Below, one piece after another: positions 8,797 through 18,405 of a DNA stretch of 64,000 nucleotides. The translations under genes and the position numbers were made by a program. A model generated the notes under the pieces. It was not told the origin of the DNA and did not search any database. It saw only the letters and a program-made list of their open reading frames with translations. Position 1 is the stretch's first letter, and each line of letters begins with the position of its first letter. This DNA comes from Nanobdellota archaeon. Lineage in GTDB: Archaea; Nanobdellota; Nanobdellia; Pacearchaeales; GW2011-AR1. Location of the stretch: contig JBBSYE010000007.1 of the NCBI GenBank assembly GCA_038045385.1, forward strand, positions 44,761 through 108,760. Direction: 5' to 3'.

Positions 8797-9866
8797 TGAA
8801 ATCCGTCCTCATCGGTCTTTCAGGCGGAGTTGATTCAGCAGTATCTGCATTATTGCTAAAAAAACAAGGCTATAAAGTAATAGGCGCATTTATGAGAAAT
8901 TTCTCAGATAATAAAAATCTTAAAGGTGAATGCCACTGGGTTGAAGATAAAAAAGACGCAGAAAAAATAGCTTCAATTCTAAAAATTCCTTTACTCACAT
9001 TCAACTTCGAAAATGAATACAAAAGAGACGTTATAGAACCAATGTTCAACTCATATTCAAAAAATCTAACTCCAAACCCAGATACAAACTGCAATCGCTA
9101 CATCAAGTTCCCATTATTGTGGAAAGAAGCACAAAAAAGAGATATAGACTTCATAGCGACAGGCCATTATGCAAAAATTATTAAGAAAAAAAACAAATTT
9201 GAGCTACATCAAGCAATAGACAAAGAAAAAGACCAAACTTACTTTCTCTACAAATTGAAAGAGCAAGACCTCAAGCACACGTTATTCCCAATTGGTAATC
9301 TTAAAAAATCTCAAGTCCGTGAAATAGCAAAAAAAGCCAATCTCCCAGTCTATAACAAAAGAGGCTCTCGAGGAATATGTTTTGTCGGTAAAATGGATAT
9401 GAAAACATTCCTAAAACAAAGAATAAAAGAAAAGAAAGGAATAATAAAAAACCCTGAAGGAGAAATAATCGGCACTCATACTGGCACGATGTTTTTTACA
9501 ATAGGCGAAAGAATAAAAGAAAATGAGGAAATCCATCTAAATGATAGCGCAAGAAATAAAGCAAGCAAAAAATTCTATGTTGCAAAAAAACAAGGCAACA
9601 CTCTTATTGTAGCCCCAGAAAATAATCTCTCTTTAAAAAGAAAGCAATTCATAATCAAAAATCTCTCATTTATTAACAAAAATCAATCCCTAAAAAACAT
9701 TAAAGTCCGCATTCGCCATCGTGGAAATTTAATTTCAGCAACAATAAAAAAAGAAAAAAATCAAATCACTTGCACTTTAAAAAACCCAACACAAGGCATC
9801 GCAGAAGGTCAATCAGTAGTTATATACAAAAATTCAAAAGTTCTCGCCGGCGGAGAAATTAGATAA
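8796..9866 (+). CDS. mnmA: tRNA 2-thiouridine(34) synthase MnmA
   Basis: SGGVDS, TPNPDTNCNRYIKF, ATGHYA, KDQTYFL, SRGICFVG. Confidence 0.95.
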   Translation: MKSVLIGLSGGVDSAVSALLLKKQGYKVIGAFMRNFSDNKNLKGECHWVEDKKDAEKIASILKIPLLTFNFENEYKRDVIEPMFNSYSKNLTPNPDTNCNRYIKFPLLWKEAQKRDIDFIATGHYAKIIKKKNKFELHQAIDKEKDQTYFLYKLKEQDLKHTLFPIGNLKKSQVREIAKKANLPVYNKRGSRGICFVGKMDMKTFLKQRIKEKKGIIKNPEGEIIGTHTGTMFFTIGERIKENEEIHLNDSARNKASKKFYVAKKQGNTLIVAPENNLSLKRKQFIIKNLSFINKNQSLKNIKVRIRHRGNLISATIKKEKNQITCTLKNPTQGIAEGQSVVIYKNSKVLAGGEIR

Positions 9867-10115
9867 TTATCTTCTAATTATTTTACCGACAGCATCAGGC
9901 GCCTTTTCAGGCTGGTGCCTTTCATCAGCAAGAGCAACCAAATCAACAACGCCCTCTTCCAAAAGCTCCCCTAATGGACGCTCACCGATAGGGTCTCTAC
10001 CTGCATATATTGATTCAGGAACAACATAATTTCCACTTTCTGCATCATAAGCCAAATTAGAAAAATGTAAAGGATGCCTTGGATCTCCGTGATTATTACC
10101 TCTTGGCATATCCAA
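9867..10115 (-). CDS. Hypothetical protein
   Basis: 82-aa ORF with TTTAAATA upstream. Confidence 0.5.
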   Translation of the reverse strand: MDMPRGNNHGDPRHPLHFSNLAYDAESGNYVVPESIYAGRDPIGERPLGELLEEGVVDLVALADERHQPEKAPDAVGKIIRR

Positions 10116-10190
10116 TATAAGAAAACACCCTATTTAAATCTTAATAAAACAAGTAAAAAGGTTTAAAAATAACTATTTTAGAGTAATTAC

Positions 10191-11102
10191 ATGATAGAAT
10201 CTGTTGATGATGACGAAAAACCCCTCAAGTTAGAGCAACGCGTCCGTCAATTAGATAATGCAAAAAGACCGGCAAAACATATAGCAAGAGAACTATCTGA
10301 ATTATTAGGTGCAAGTAGAAAAACAATTGAGACATATATCGGTGCAAAAAGAAAGGGGTTTAAATCTTTAACAGAAGAAAGAAAAAAAATAGCAAAAGAT
10401 AAAGGATTTTCTTCCTACAATGCAAGAACACTAAAATTGAGTGGATTTACATCTTATATGGAACTCCAAGAATATCAAGCAAAAAAAGCAGGATGGTCTT
10501 CTATTAATGATTATAGACTTTGGTTAGCGACAAATAGAAGAAGTATCGTCAGAGAAGGAATTACATTAGAAAAACAAGCAATCTTCGAGGAATCGCTAGA
10601 ATATTTACCAGAAAATCCAAATATAATTGCAGAATATCCAGAAAATTTAGAATTTGAGAATGAAGAAGTATTAAAAAAAGCAATGCAAAAATTATCAGAA
10701 AGAGAACTTATCATTTTAAATGAAGTTTCAAATCAAAGAACATATAAACAAATAGGCATAAAAATTGGAATAACTAGTGGAAGAGTTGAGCAAATATATA
10801 ACGAATCAATGGAAAAAATATGGTCTAATCTAAGACCAGGCATCCCGTATAAAAAAGAAAGAAGACAAGAGAAAATTGAAGATGGTGAACTTTTATTTGC
10901 ACATCTTATGTTAAAATCTCTACCAAGACCTGAAGGAAGGAAGAAAAGACCAAGAGAAGCATTAAATGAATTAAAAAGGACATATGAAGAAGCATGGGGA
11001 AGAGAAGCGCCAAGATGGATAACTCAAGTAGATAAAATAAAAATGTATCAAAAAAGAATAAAATCAATTCGTGAACGCGTATTTTCTCGTGAAGCTGAAT
11101 AA
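10191..11102 (+). CDS. Protein with sigma-70 region 4 HTH and N-terminal GF(S/T)S repeats
   Basis: AMQKLSERELIIL...RTYKQIGIKIGITSGRVEQIYNESMEKI matches the region 4.1/4.2 consensus. Confidence 0.75.
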   Translation: MIESVDDDEKPLKLEQRVRQLDNAKRPAKHIARELSELLGASRKTIETYIGAKRKGFKSLTEERKKIAKDKGFSSYNARTLKLSGFTSYMELQEYQAKKAGWSSINDYRLWLATNRRSIVREGITLEKQAIFEESLEYLPENPNIIAEYPENLEFENEEVLKKAMQKLSERELIILNEVSNQRTYKQIGIKIGITSGRVEQIYNESMEKIWSNLRPGIPYKKERRQEKIEDGELLFAHLMLKSLPRPEGRKKRPREALNELKRTYEEAWGREAPRWITQVDKIKMYQKRIKSIRERVFSREAE

Positions 11103-11132
11103 AAAAAGAAAAAAGGGAAAAAATAAAAAAAT
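11101..11132 (-). terminator. Oligo-T terminator downstream of ftsZ
   Basis: aaaaaaagaaaaaagggaaaaaataaaaaaa on + strand. Confidence 0.5.
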
Positions 11133-11147
11133 TAACCTCCCTTGAAG

Positions 11148-12230
11148 TTATCTGAATACCTCGATGCCTAAATCAGACATCTCGGAACGCGCTCCAGGAG
11201 CAGGCTCGCGGTCCTTTCCAAGAACGTAAGGAGATTTAACGCCAGTCATTATTGTAATAACTCGCACTTTTCCTCCGAAATCCTTGTTAATTCTCGCACC
11301 CATGATAACCTGCGCATCTGGACTTAAGTTTTCAGTAACCAACTGGCCAACGCCAGAGAATTCATCAAGCTTAAAATCAGGACCGCAAGTAATATGGATT
11401 AAAGCACCAGTCGCACCACGATAATCAACATCCAACAAAGGGTGAGTCAATGCCTGCCTTACGGCTTCGTCAACTCTCATTGATGTATCAGACTCTCCTA
11501 CTCCAATAACTGCTACGTGACCGCCTTTCATAACTGCTGAAACGTCCGCATAGTCTAAGTTAATCAATGAAGGCAAGGTAATTGTTTCCACAATTCCTTT
11601 TATCATTGTACTGACCAGCTCGTTCGCAACTGCGAAAGCCTGTTCCATAGGCAAATTACCAGCAATATCTACAAGTCTGTTATTATCAATAACGATTGCT
11701 GTGTCAACAACCTCACGAAGTTCCTGCAAACCAAATTCTGCCTTGTCTAATCTCGCTCTCTCACATTCAAAGGGCATAGTGACTACCGCAATAACGACAG
11801 CACCGCTCTCTTTAGCAAGTTGCGCAATGACAGGAGCACTTCCAGTTCCAGTTCCTCCACCCATACCAGCAAGAATGAAGACCATATCGGCATTACCGAC
11901 AGCTTTCTTCAAATCAGATATCGCCTCTTTTGCAGCCTCTCTACCCTTTGAAGGTAAACCGCCACATCCAAGACCTCTCGTCAATTCCTTACCAATAAGA
12001 AGCTTCTCATCAGCCTTAGTGATACTAAGGTGTAAAGCATCAGTGTTAACGCCATAAATTGTAGCGCCACTGATTCCTTTATTGAAAAGCCAGGTTATCG
12101 TGTTACATCCTGCACCTCCAGCACCAACTACTTTGATATTCGCCTTTCCAGCACGAAGTTCGTCGAAGTTAATACTATAAGCACTCGCATTCTGTATCGC
12201 CTCTTTTGCAAAATCTAAAACCATTTTCAT
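11148..12230 (-). CDS. ftsZ: Cell division protein FtsZ
   Basis: VGAGGAGCN, GMGGGTGTG tubulin signature, INLDYADV; GGAGG RBS upstream. Confidence 0.97.
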   Translation of the reverse strand: MKMVLDFAKEAIQNASAYSINFDELRAGKANIKVVGAGGAGCNTITWLFNKGISGATIYGVNTDALHLSITKADEKLLIGKELTRGLGCGGLPSKGREAAKEAISDLKKAVGNADMVFILAGMGGGTGTGSAPVIAQLAKESGAVVIAVVTMPFECERARLDKAEFGLQELREVVDTAIVIDNNRLVDIAGNLPMEQAFAVANELVSTMIKGIVETITLPSLINLDYADVSAVMKGGHVAVIGVGESDTSMRVDEAVRQALTHPLLDVDYRGATGALIHITCGPDFKLDEFSGVGQLVTENLSPDAQVIMGARINKDFGGKVRVITIMTGVKSPYVLGKDREPAPGARSEMSDLGIEVFR

Positions 12231-12370
12231 AACCTCCTTTCAATCTTTATCATTCCCGCTAACAATCCAAGTTTAAATATTTGATTGTTCCACACAACAA
12301 AGATAGTCAGAATAATCTCTCTCTAGCAAACCTTCATCGCCCTTATATAATGACTCACTTAACTAAAAAA

Positions 12371-13003
12371 ATGGATCAAAATAACTATAATTTTGTAACA
12401 TTTGAACAAGCAATTCAAGACTATTTAGCCGGAAATGAAAAAGCAATAGAACCAATATCAAAATTATGTGAAATTTATTCAAAAAGAATAGCAAGTAGAT
12501 ATGGAAAAGTGTGTTTTGAAGACGTTGCTCAAGAGAGCCTATTAAAGATACATAAAAACGCACATACCTACGACCAAAATCAACCAGCAAAACCTTGGAT
12601 AATTTCAATAGTACGAAATACTCATTTTGATATGGTAAAAAAAGATGAGCGAGACAAAAGACGCAGAATTTCTGCATTAAAAAGAATGGATACAAGCAGA
12701 AGATTTCAAGGAGATAGCAAAGATACCCTTGAGGATATCACAAACAGAGAAGAGTTTATTGAAGAATTAGCAGATAGAGAATATAATCAAGAAGAAATTG
12801 CAAAAATAACACGCATTCTTGAAACTATGAACAATCCCGCTTCAAAGACTTTCAAAGACCATCATTATAACGGCCTATCTTACGAGGAAATAGCAAGAAG
12901 AGAAAATATACCTTTAGGCACAGTAAAAAGCAGAATAAATTTCACAAAAAAGAGAATAATTAAAATTGATACTGAAAATTTAAAAAATAAAAAACAATTT
13001 TAA
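12371..13003 (+). CDS. ECF-type sigma-70 family protein (regions 2 and 4)
   Basis: FEDVAQESLLKIHKNAHTYDQNQPAKPWIISIVRNTHFDMVKK; GLSYEEIARRENIPLGTVKSRIN; TTATATAA at 12343-12350. Confidence 0.88.
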   Translation: MDQNNYNFVTFEQAIQDYLAGNEKAIEPISKLCEIYSKRIASRYGKVCFEDVAQESLLKIHKNAHTYDQNQPAKPWIISIVRNTHFDMVKKDERDKRRRISALKRMDTSRRFQGDSKDTLEDITNREEFIEELADREYNQEEIAKITRILETMNNPASKTFKDHHYNGLSYEEIARRENIPLGTVKSRINFTKKRIIKIDTENLKNKKQF

Positions 13004-13054
13004 TATATCAATAATGTGAAATTAAACTTATATACCGATAAATCAACTACTAAT

Positions 13055-13714
13055 ATGCTCGATAATCATGCACTGCATGGAGATTCTGCTACATTAGATG
13101 AAGGCTTAAAGGCTGGAGATTTGTATAGGGAAGCAATATATAACCATATTGATGGGGATGTTAGGGCTATGGAAATAATCTCCGACTTCTGCATGAAAAA
13201 AGCAAAAATGATAGTTAAAAATTATAGCAATATTGATTATCAGGACATTGCCCAAGAAGCATTATTGCAAGTGTATAAATCGTTACGTAGTTATGATGCA
13301 AGAAAATCCGCAGGCCATGTCTGGCTTGGACAAATTGTTACAAACAAATACCGAGATGCCTTAAGAAGAGATAAAGTTAGACCTAAAATTTCTTTAGATG
13401 CTAAACTTCGCAGTAGAACAAATGAAAAAACGGAAATGTCGCAAATGGACTCATTATTTTCTGACGAAATTGAAGGATTAGACAAATTAATGGAAACTGA
13501 AGAAATAGAAGGAGTAGAAGAAAAAATAAACGCTGAAATAGAAGAAGAAAAACCAATAAACAGAATAGCTAGAATGAAGCTCTTTCATGGGACAAAATAT
13601 GAAGACATTTCAAGGTCTCTAAAAATTCCAGTAGGAACTATAAAAAGCACATTACATCGCAAAATGAAAAAAATAAAGAAACTATTTCCAAGCGAACGTC
13701 TTTGCCATCAATAA
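13055..13714 (+). CDS. ECF-type sigma-70 family protein (regions 2 and 4)
   Basis: YQDIAQEALLQVYKSLRSYD..HVWLGQIVTNKYRDALRR; GTKYEDISRSLKIPVGTIKSTLHR; TTATATA at 13028-13034. Confidence 0.88.
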   Translation: MLDNHALHGDSATLDEGLKAGDLYREAIYNHIDGDVRAMEIISDFCMKKAKMIVKNYSNIDYQDIAQEALLQVYKSLRSYDARKSAGHVWLGQIVTNKYRDALRRDKVRPKISLDAKLRSRTNEKTEMSQMDSLFSDEIEGLDKLMETEEIEGVEEKINAEIEEEKPINRIARMKLFHGTKYEDISRSLKIPVGTIKSTLHRKMKKIKKLFPSERLCHQ

Positions 13715-14683
13715 AGGAAATAAAATAGTTGCATCCCCAAAAACCTTAATATTTTTTCCTTTGGAAGTCAACTTTCCCCAAGAAACTGCTTCGTCAGGCA
13801 TTGCACCCGCATCAGAACCATCATACTCTGAAGCAGTATTAATGTAAACTCCATAATCTGCACCATTACGTAGCATATTTGCATTTAATATCGCATGTTT
13901 AGCAACTCCAGAACCTAAAATCAAAACGCCAGATTTTTTTAGCCCAATTGTAGCATTATTCAACTCTCTAGTGTCCGCAACTATATCAATTACCATATCT
14001 GGGCGTTTGAAAGAAAAGAAATAAATATTATCTCCTAAAGCCCCATCAGTAATTGCAGGACAAAATATTGGAATTTTATTTTTAAAAGCCCAATAGCAAA
14101 TACTTTCCTTATTGTTTATTCTTTCTCCCAAAGCCCAAATTAATTTACTAGGAGTCAAGATAGCTCCAGCCTTCTTACCCTCTAGATATAAATCTTCTAA
14201 AATTGGCTGAACAAATTTTTCAAATTCGACATATCTATTATTCGGAACAAAAATATTTCCAATTCTATTTATCCCCTTTTCCCTCAATTCAGCCCCAGAA
14301 GCACGAAAATCTCCAATATAGAAATCACCAAGACACTTAATTATATCTTCCTCAATAGCTCCTGCAGTTGTAACAATCACTCCTATCTTGCGATGTTCAA
14401 CTAAATATCTAAAACTCTCCCGCAATCCAGAACTAACCATATTACTCGTATATCCCAAAAATATGAACGCCTTCTCTTTTATCATCTCATTCACAATTCC
14501 AATAGCTTGAGAAAAATGCGTAGCCTGATAACCCATACTTGAGAAACTATCAATTATTTTATCATAATTAACGCCTTGATTAAAATCATAACCTTTTACT
14601 TTCACGCCCTTAGCTTCAAAGCTCTTCCTAAGCAAATTTTTCCTAGCTATTTTTTCATTATCCATTACAAACAAAAATAACAA
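13682..14683 (-). CDS. dys: Deoxyhypusine synthase (likely start MDNEK, 14665)
   Basis: GYTSNMVSSGLRE, GINRIGNIFVPN, DGSDAGAMPDEAVSWGK. Confidence 0.95.
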   Translation of the reverse strand: MLFLFVMDNEKIARKNLLRKSFEAKGVKVKGYDFNQGVNYDKIIDSFSSMGYQATHFSQAIGIVNEMIKEKAFIFLGYTSNMVSSGLRESFRYLVEHRKIGVIVTTAGAIEEDIIKCLGDFYIGDFRASGAELREKGINRIGNIFVPNNRYVEFEKFVQPILEDLYLEGKKAGAILTPSKLIWALGERINNKESICYWAFKNKIPIFCPAITDGALGDNIYFFSFKRPDMVIDIVADTRELNNATIGLKKSGVLILGSGVAKHAILNANMLRNGADYGVYINTASEYDGSDAGAMPDEAVSWGKLTSKGKNIKVFGDATILFPLLMAKTFAWK

Positions 14684-14695
14684 CCCCTTTTAAGA

Positions 14696-14932
14696 CTATC
14701 TCTTTGCAATTTTCCATAAATCATCAAAAAACACAGAAAAAGAAGTGCTAACCGAAGAAGAAAATATATGGACACAAGTCAAATCTTTGCTATAAGAAAA
14801 AATGAAAACATTATCATCAATAATCATTATAGAAGAAGGCGTAAATTGCGCTATTTCTCTGACTTCAGTATATCCTATACGTTTAAAAAAACTCCAATAA
14901 TTCCAGTTTTCACAACCTCGGAAATTATAGAA
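14696..14932 (-). pseudogene. Start-less C-terminal remnant of a TrmB-family regulator
   Basis: ...TEVREIAQFTPSSIMIIDDNVFIFSYSKDLTCVHIFSSSVSTSFSVFFDDLWKIAKR* resembles the end of the TrmB ORF at 38766 (FEKLWKIAKK). Confidence 0.65.
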
Positions 14933-14945
14933 TTATTATAAAAAT

Positions 14946-15971
14946 CTATTCCGCCACGCCAAGTCGCTTCCTCACAACCTCTAAATCTCGCTTCATAAAA
15001 TGCCCTCCAGCAGCAGGAATATGTCCTCCGGCGGAAGCATTCTCCAAATCCTTTAAAGCACTCTGAAGCAAATCAACCATGCTTTGAGCCATATTTTGTC
15101 GTCTAGCACTAACAAAACAATACATCCCCTCATTTCTAACAAGAATATAAGTCTTATCTTGCTCACTTCCAGAAACGATACTACTCACTAACCCTCCGAC
15201 TTTAAAATGCGGACTGAACTCCCAATACCATCCTCCCGGAATCTTTCTCCTCTCACTAACGAATCTCTTAAGCAATATATCCAACTCATCCTGAACCTTC
15301 TCCGCAAAAGGCTTAATGTTTCCAATTTCTCCAAAATTATTTCCAATAGAATCATAAACTCTCTTTATATTATCCTTAAAATAAACTAAAGCAAGAGACA
15401 AAGTCCATTGTAAACTCCAAAAGGAGCTTTGACGTAAAGTTAAACTGGAAAACTTCTGCCCATAATTATCAAAAGTCTTAATCATCCATTCAGAATTTTT
15501 CTCATAACAAAAATCTGAAATGCAAGCACAAGCAACAATCCAGTCACAGCTTGATAAATCCATTACTTCAGAAAACATCTCATAACAAAAATAAGCGGCA
15601 CAATAACCATTCTCGCATTTCAAATATACAGTTCTAGGCGAATTCTTATCACTAGGAACCATATGATGATCCAAAACTAAAACTTCAGCAAAGCTTTCAA
15701 GAGCCTCTAAAAGACCATTATCATGTCCTAAAAACAAATCTGTAAAAACAACTTTGGTAATTCCTTTCTCTCTTAACTCCTCCGCTAAATCCAAATTAAG
15801 CTCATCATAATTAACAAAATAAATATTTTCTGTCTTGAAAAATTTATTCGCAATAAATGCGCTAGCTAATCCATCTAAATCTATATGACTAACAAGCGCA
15901 ACATTATCTTCCTTGCTTACTCCATTAACATATTCAAGAAATCTCTCATTTGTTCCAATATCTAGATTCAT
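14946..15971 (-). CDS. DHH/DHHA1 phosphoesterase
   Basis: HIDLDG, TDL, LDHH, AGGHIPAAGG. Confidence 0.9.
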   Translation of the reverse strand: MNLDIGTNERFLEYVNGVSKEDNVALVSHIDLDGLASAFIANKFFKTENIYFVNYDELNLDLAEELREKGITKVVFTDLFLGHDNGLLEALESFAEVLVLDHHMVPSDKNSPRTVYLKCENGYCAAYFCYEMFSEVMDLSSCDWIVACACISDFCYEKNSEWMIKTFDNYGQKFSSLTLRQSSFWSLQWTLSLALVYFKDNIKRVYDSIGNNFGEIGNIKPFAEKVQDELDILLKRFVSERRKIPGGWYWEFSPHFKVGGLVSSIVSGSEQDKTYILVRNEGMYCFVSARRQNMAQSMVDLLQSALKDLENASAGGHIPAAGGHFMKRDLEVVRKRLGVAE

Positions 15972-16672
15972 GCCTTCTCCAAAATTTCAGCCCTTATTCC
16001 CTTTTCTGTACAAAGACTAACAAAGCTCTCTGCATCCTCTCTTGTTCCCACAACAGAGCCATAATGCATCGGTATCGTTAAATATGGCTTAAGTAAACTT
16101 GCAGCCTCAACCGCCTCATCAACATCCATCACATACATTCCAGAAACAGGCAAAAGAGCGATAAGCTTCTTACCTTTCTTTCCATATCCTGTAAGTCTTT
16201 GCATTTCCGGAATAAAATCGCTATCTCCTGCGTGATAAAAAATCACATTCCCAATTTTAATCAAATACCCAAAATATCCTTCTGATTTAGGATGAAAAAC
16301 TTTCTTGCTCTCCACATCTCTATATTTGTTCAAGTTATAAGCTGGAACTGCCTCAATCTTAATATTACCAAATTCAACTTCATCATTAACCTCTATCGGT
16401 TGCACCTCAAGGTTTTCCACTTTCATAACATTACTCTGAATATGTGCAGGCCCTATAACGATAGTCCCTTTCTTAGCAATCTTCTCCATATCTTTAACAC
16501 TACAATGATCCGAATGTTCATGAGTTATCAAAATCAAGTCTACCGGCTTGATATCAGAAACAACTTGATAAGGGTCTATAGCCATTCTCATATCTCCCGC
16601 ATCTAGAATAAAACCAGAGTGCCCAAGATATTCTATTTTGATACCATCAATATCCATAAAAAACACCAGCAA
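15968..16672 (-). CDS. MBL-fold metallo-hydrolase
   Basis: YLGHSGF, THEHSDH, YHAGDS, IPMHYG. Confidence 0.9.
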   Translation of the reverse strand: MLVFFMDIDGIKIEYLGHSGFILDAGDMRMAIDPYQVVSDIKPVDLILITHEHSDHCSVKDMEKIAKKGTIVIGPAHIQSNVMKVENLEVQPIEVNDEVEFGNIKIEAVPAYNLNKYRDVESKKVFHPKSEGYFGYLIKIGNVIFYHAGDSDFIPEMQRLTGYGKKGKKLIALLPVSGMYVMDVDEAVEAASLLKPYLTIPMHYGSVVGTREDAESFVSLCTEKGIRAEILEKA

Positions 16673-16693
16673 GACTAACTTTTAAAGATAACG

Positions 16694-17980
16694 CTAGTCA
16701 GAAAAACCCTCAACTTTCTTAGCAAATTCAAAAAGTCTCTTTTCTTCTCCTGAAGCACAAATAATCTGCATTCCCACAGGCAATCCATTAAGCTTCCCAA
16801 TAGGCAAGGACATAGCACAAACGCCCCCAAGATTAGCAGGTATTGTCAACATATCAACAATGAAAAGATCTTCAGCCTTTGGTCGAGTATTGCGTTTCCA
16901 TGGCAATATAGGCATAGTAGGGCAGATGATACAATCTACACTCCTAAAGACTTGGTTAAAAGAATCTTTAATCTTATTTTTCACTCCAAGAGCTTTTTGA
17001 TAATATCTTCCCTTGAACTCTGCCTTGCTTATCTCACTTCCCCCAAAAATTCTTCTTAAAACTTCTTCTCCAGCACTTTCCTCAATCTTAATACCATAGC
17101 GCCTACCATCAAGCCTTCTACTAGCAGAAAAAAATTCAGTCCAAACAATTGGATGATAAGCCTCAATCCCCAATTCAGATCCATTAATCTCCACCACTTC
17201 AGAAGACAGCTTTAACTTCCTAGTGAGCTTATCAACAAATTCATCAACAAAACTCTGCACTTCGCTATTAACTCCAGCCATCTTCATAATTCCTATTCTA
17301 TCTACATTTTTCTCTTTACTCTTTCTGTCAAAACTTCTCGAGTCCCGCTCATCTCTTCCAGAAATAACCTCAAAAACTTTCTCGGCACTTTCAACATCTC
17401 TAGCAATAGTCCCAATCTGATCCAAGCTCATCGACAAATCAATCAATCCATATCTAGAAACAGCCCCATAACTAGGCTTCAAGCCAACAACGCCACAACA
17501 AGATGCTGGCACGCGAATAGAGCCTCCAGTATCACTTCCAAGAGCAACATCACAAAAGCCAGCAGCAACAGCAGCCGCACTTCCTGAACTAGAACCTCCA
17601 GGCACAAATCCTAAAGCGGCTGGGTTTTCGGTAGCCCCAAAAGCACTATTCTCGCCACTCCATCCACAAGCAAACTCATCACAATTAGTCATTCCGATAA
17701 TTACCCCATCTTCTTTCTTTATTCTCTCAATGACAGTCGCATCATAACTGGATTTATAGCTCTCAAGCGTCTTTGAAGCACAACTAGCTTTCAAACCTTT
17801 AACATTAATATTACTTTTTACCGCAATTACCACGCCTGCAAGCTTACCCTTCTTTTTCTTAGCATCTATCGCTCTAGCTTCCTCAATCAGACTCTGATTA
17901 AGCTCCAAAAAAGAATTTATCTTCCTATCTTCCTTTTTTATCTTATCAAGATATTGCTTTACCTTTACCTCAACACTCAT
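16694..17980 (-). CDS. gatA: Asp/Glu-tRNA amidotransferase subunit A
   Basis: Amidase signature GGSSSGSAAA, LGSDTGGSIRVPA. Confidence 0.93.
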   Translation of the reverse strand: MSVEVKVKQYLDKIKKEDRKINSFLELNQSLIEEARAIDAKKKKGKLAGVVIAVKSNINVKGLKASCASKTLESYKSSYDATVIERIKKEDGVIIGMTNCDEFACGWSGENSAFGATENPAALGFVPGGSSSGSAAAVAAGFCDVALGSDTGGSIRVPASCCGVVGLKPSYGAVSRYGLIDLSMSLDQIGTIARDVESAEKVFEVISGRDERDSRSFDRKSKEKNVDRIGIMKMAGVNSEVQSFVDEFVDKLTRKLKLSSEVVEINGSELGIEAYHPIVWTEFFSASRRLDGRRYGIKIEESAGEEVLRRIFGGSEISKAEFKGRYYQKALGVKNKIKDSFNQVFRSVDCIICPTMPILPWKRNTRPKAEDLFIVDMLTIPANLGGVCAMSLPIGKLNGLPVGMQIICASGEEKRLFEFAKKVEGFSD

Positions 17981-18018
17981 AATTCTTAAACAAAGAACTC
18001 CTATAAAAGCATATCGCC

Positions 18019-18348
18019 CTAGTAGTTATCTTCTTCCTTAGAATCAAAACTCTCTTCATTAATTAGAATAAGCGCCTGTCTTAATTTCTCAGGTCTCTGT
18101 TTTAATAAGACTTCAATTTTCTCCCTTCTTGGAGCAGACAAATCAATCTTAACTCTAACAAGTTCAATAACCTTATCCAAAATCCTATTATCAAGAGAAC
18201 TTATCTTTCCGCTAATCTCGCTACCAAAATCGCTCTCTTCCTCAATTTCGCCCTCGTCAAGCTCGTCAAACTCTTCTTGAGCTTCAACTTTCTTGTTAAC
18301 TTTCTTCTTTACAGAAGATTTTCTAGTAGATGTTTTCTTCATATTCAA
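18019..18348 (-). CDS. Hypothetical protein, basic N-terminus followed by acidic stretch
   Basis: KKTSTRKSSVKKKVNKK then EEFDELDEGEIEEE. Confidence 0.6.
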   Translation of the reverse strand: MNMKKTSTRKSSVKKKVNKKVEAQEEFDELDEGEIEEESDFGSEISGKISSLDNRILDKVIELVRVKIDLSAPRREKIEVLLKQRPEKLRQALILINEESFDSKEEDNY

Positions 18349-18405
18349 AAGTCAATTTTTTCATTTAAAAACCTTGCCATAAGGCGAAATTAGCTCAAAA
18401 ATCAT

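Noticed and set aside
10191-13714. Bacterial contamination as the source of the sigma genes
   Set aside because: Interleaved with archaeal-type ftsZ, overlapping dys, similar base composition, archaeal TATA-like boxes; read-level check still advisable
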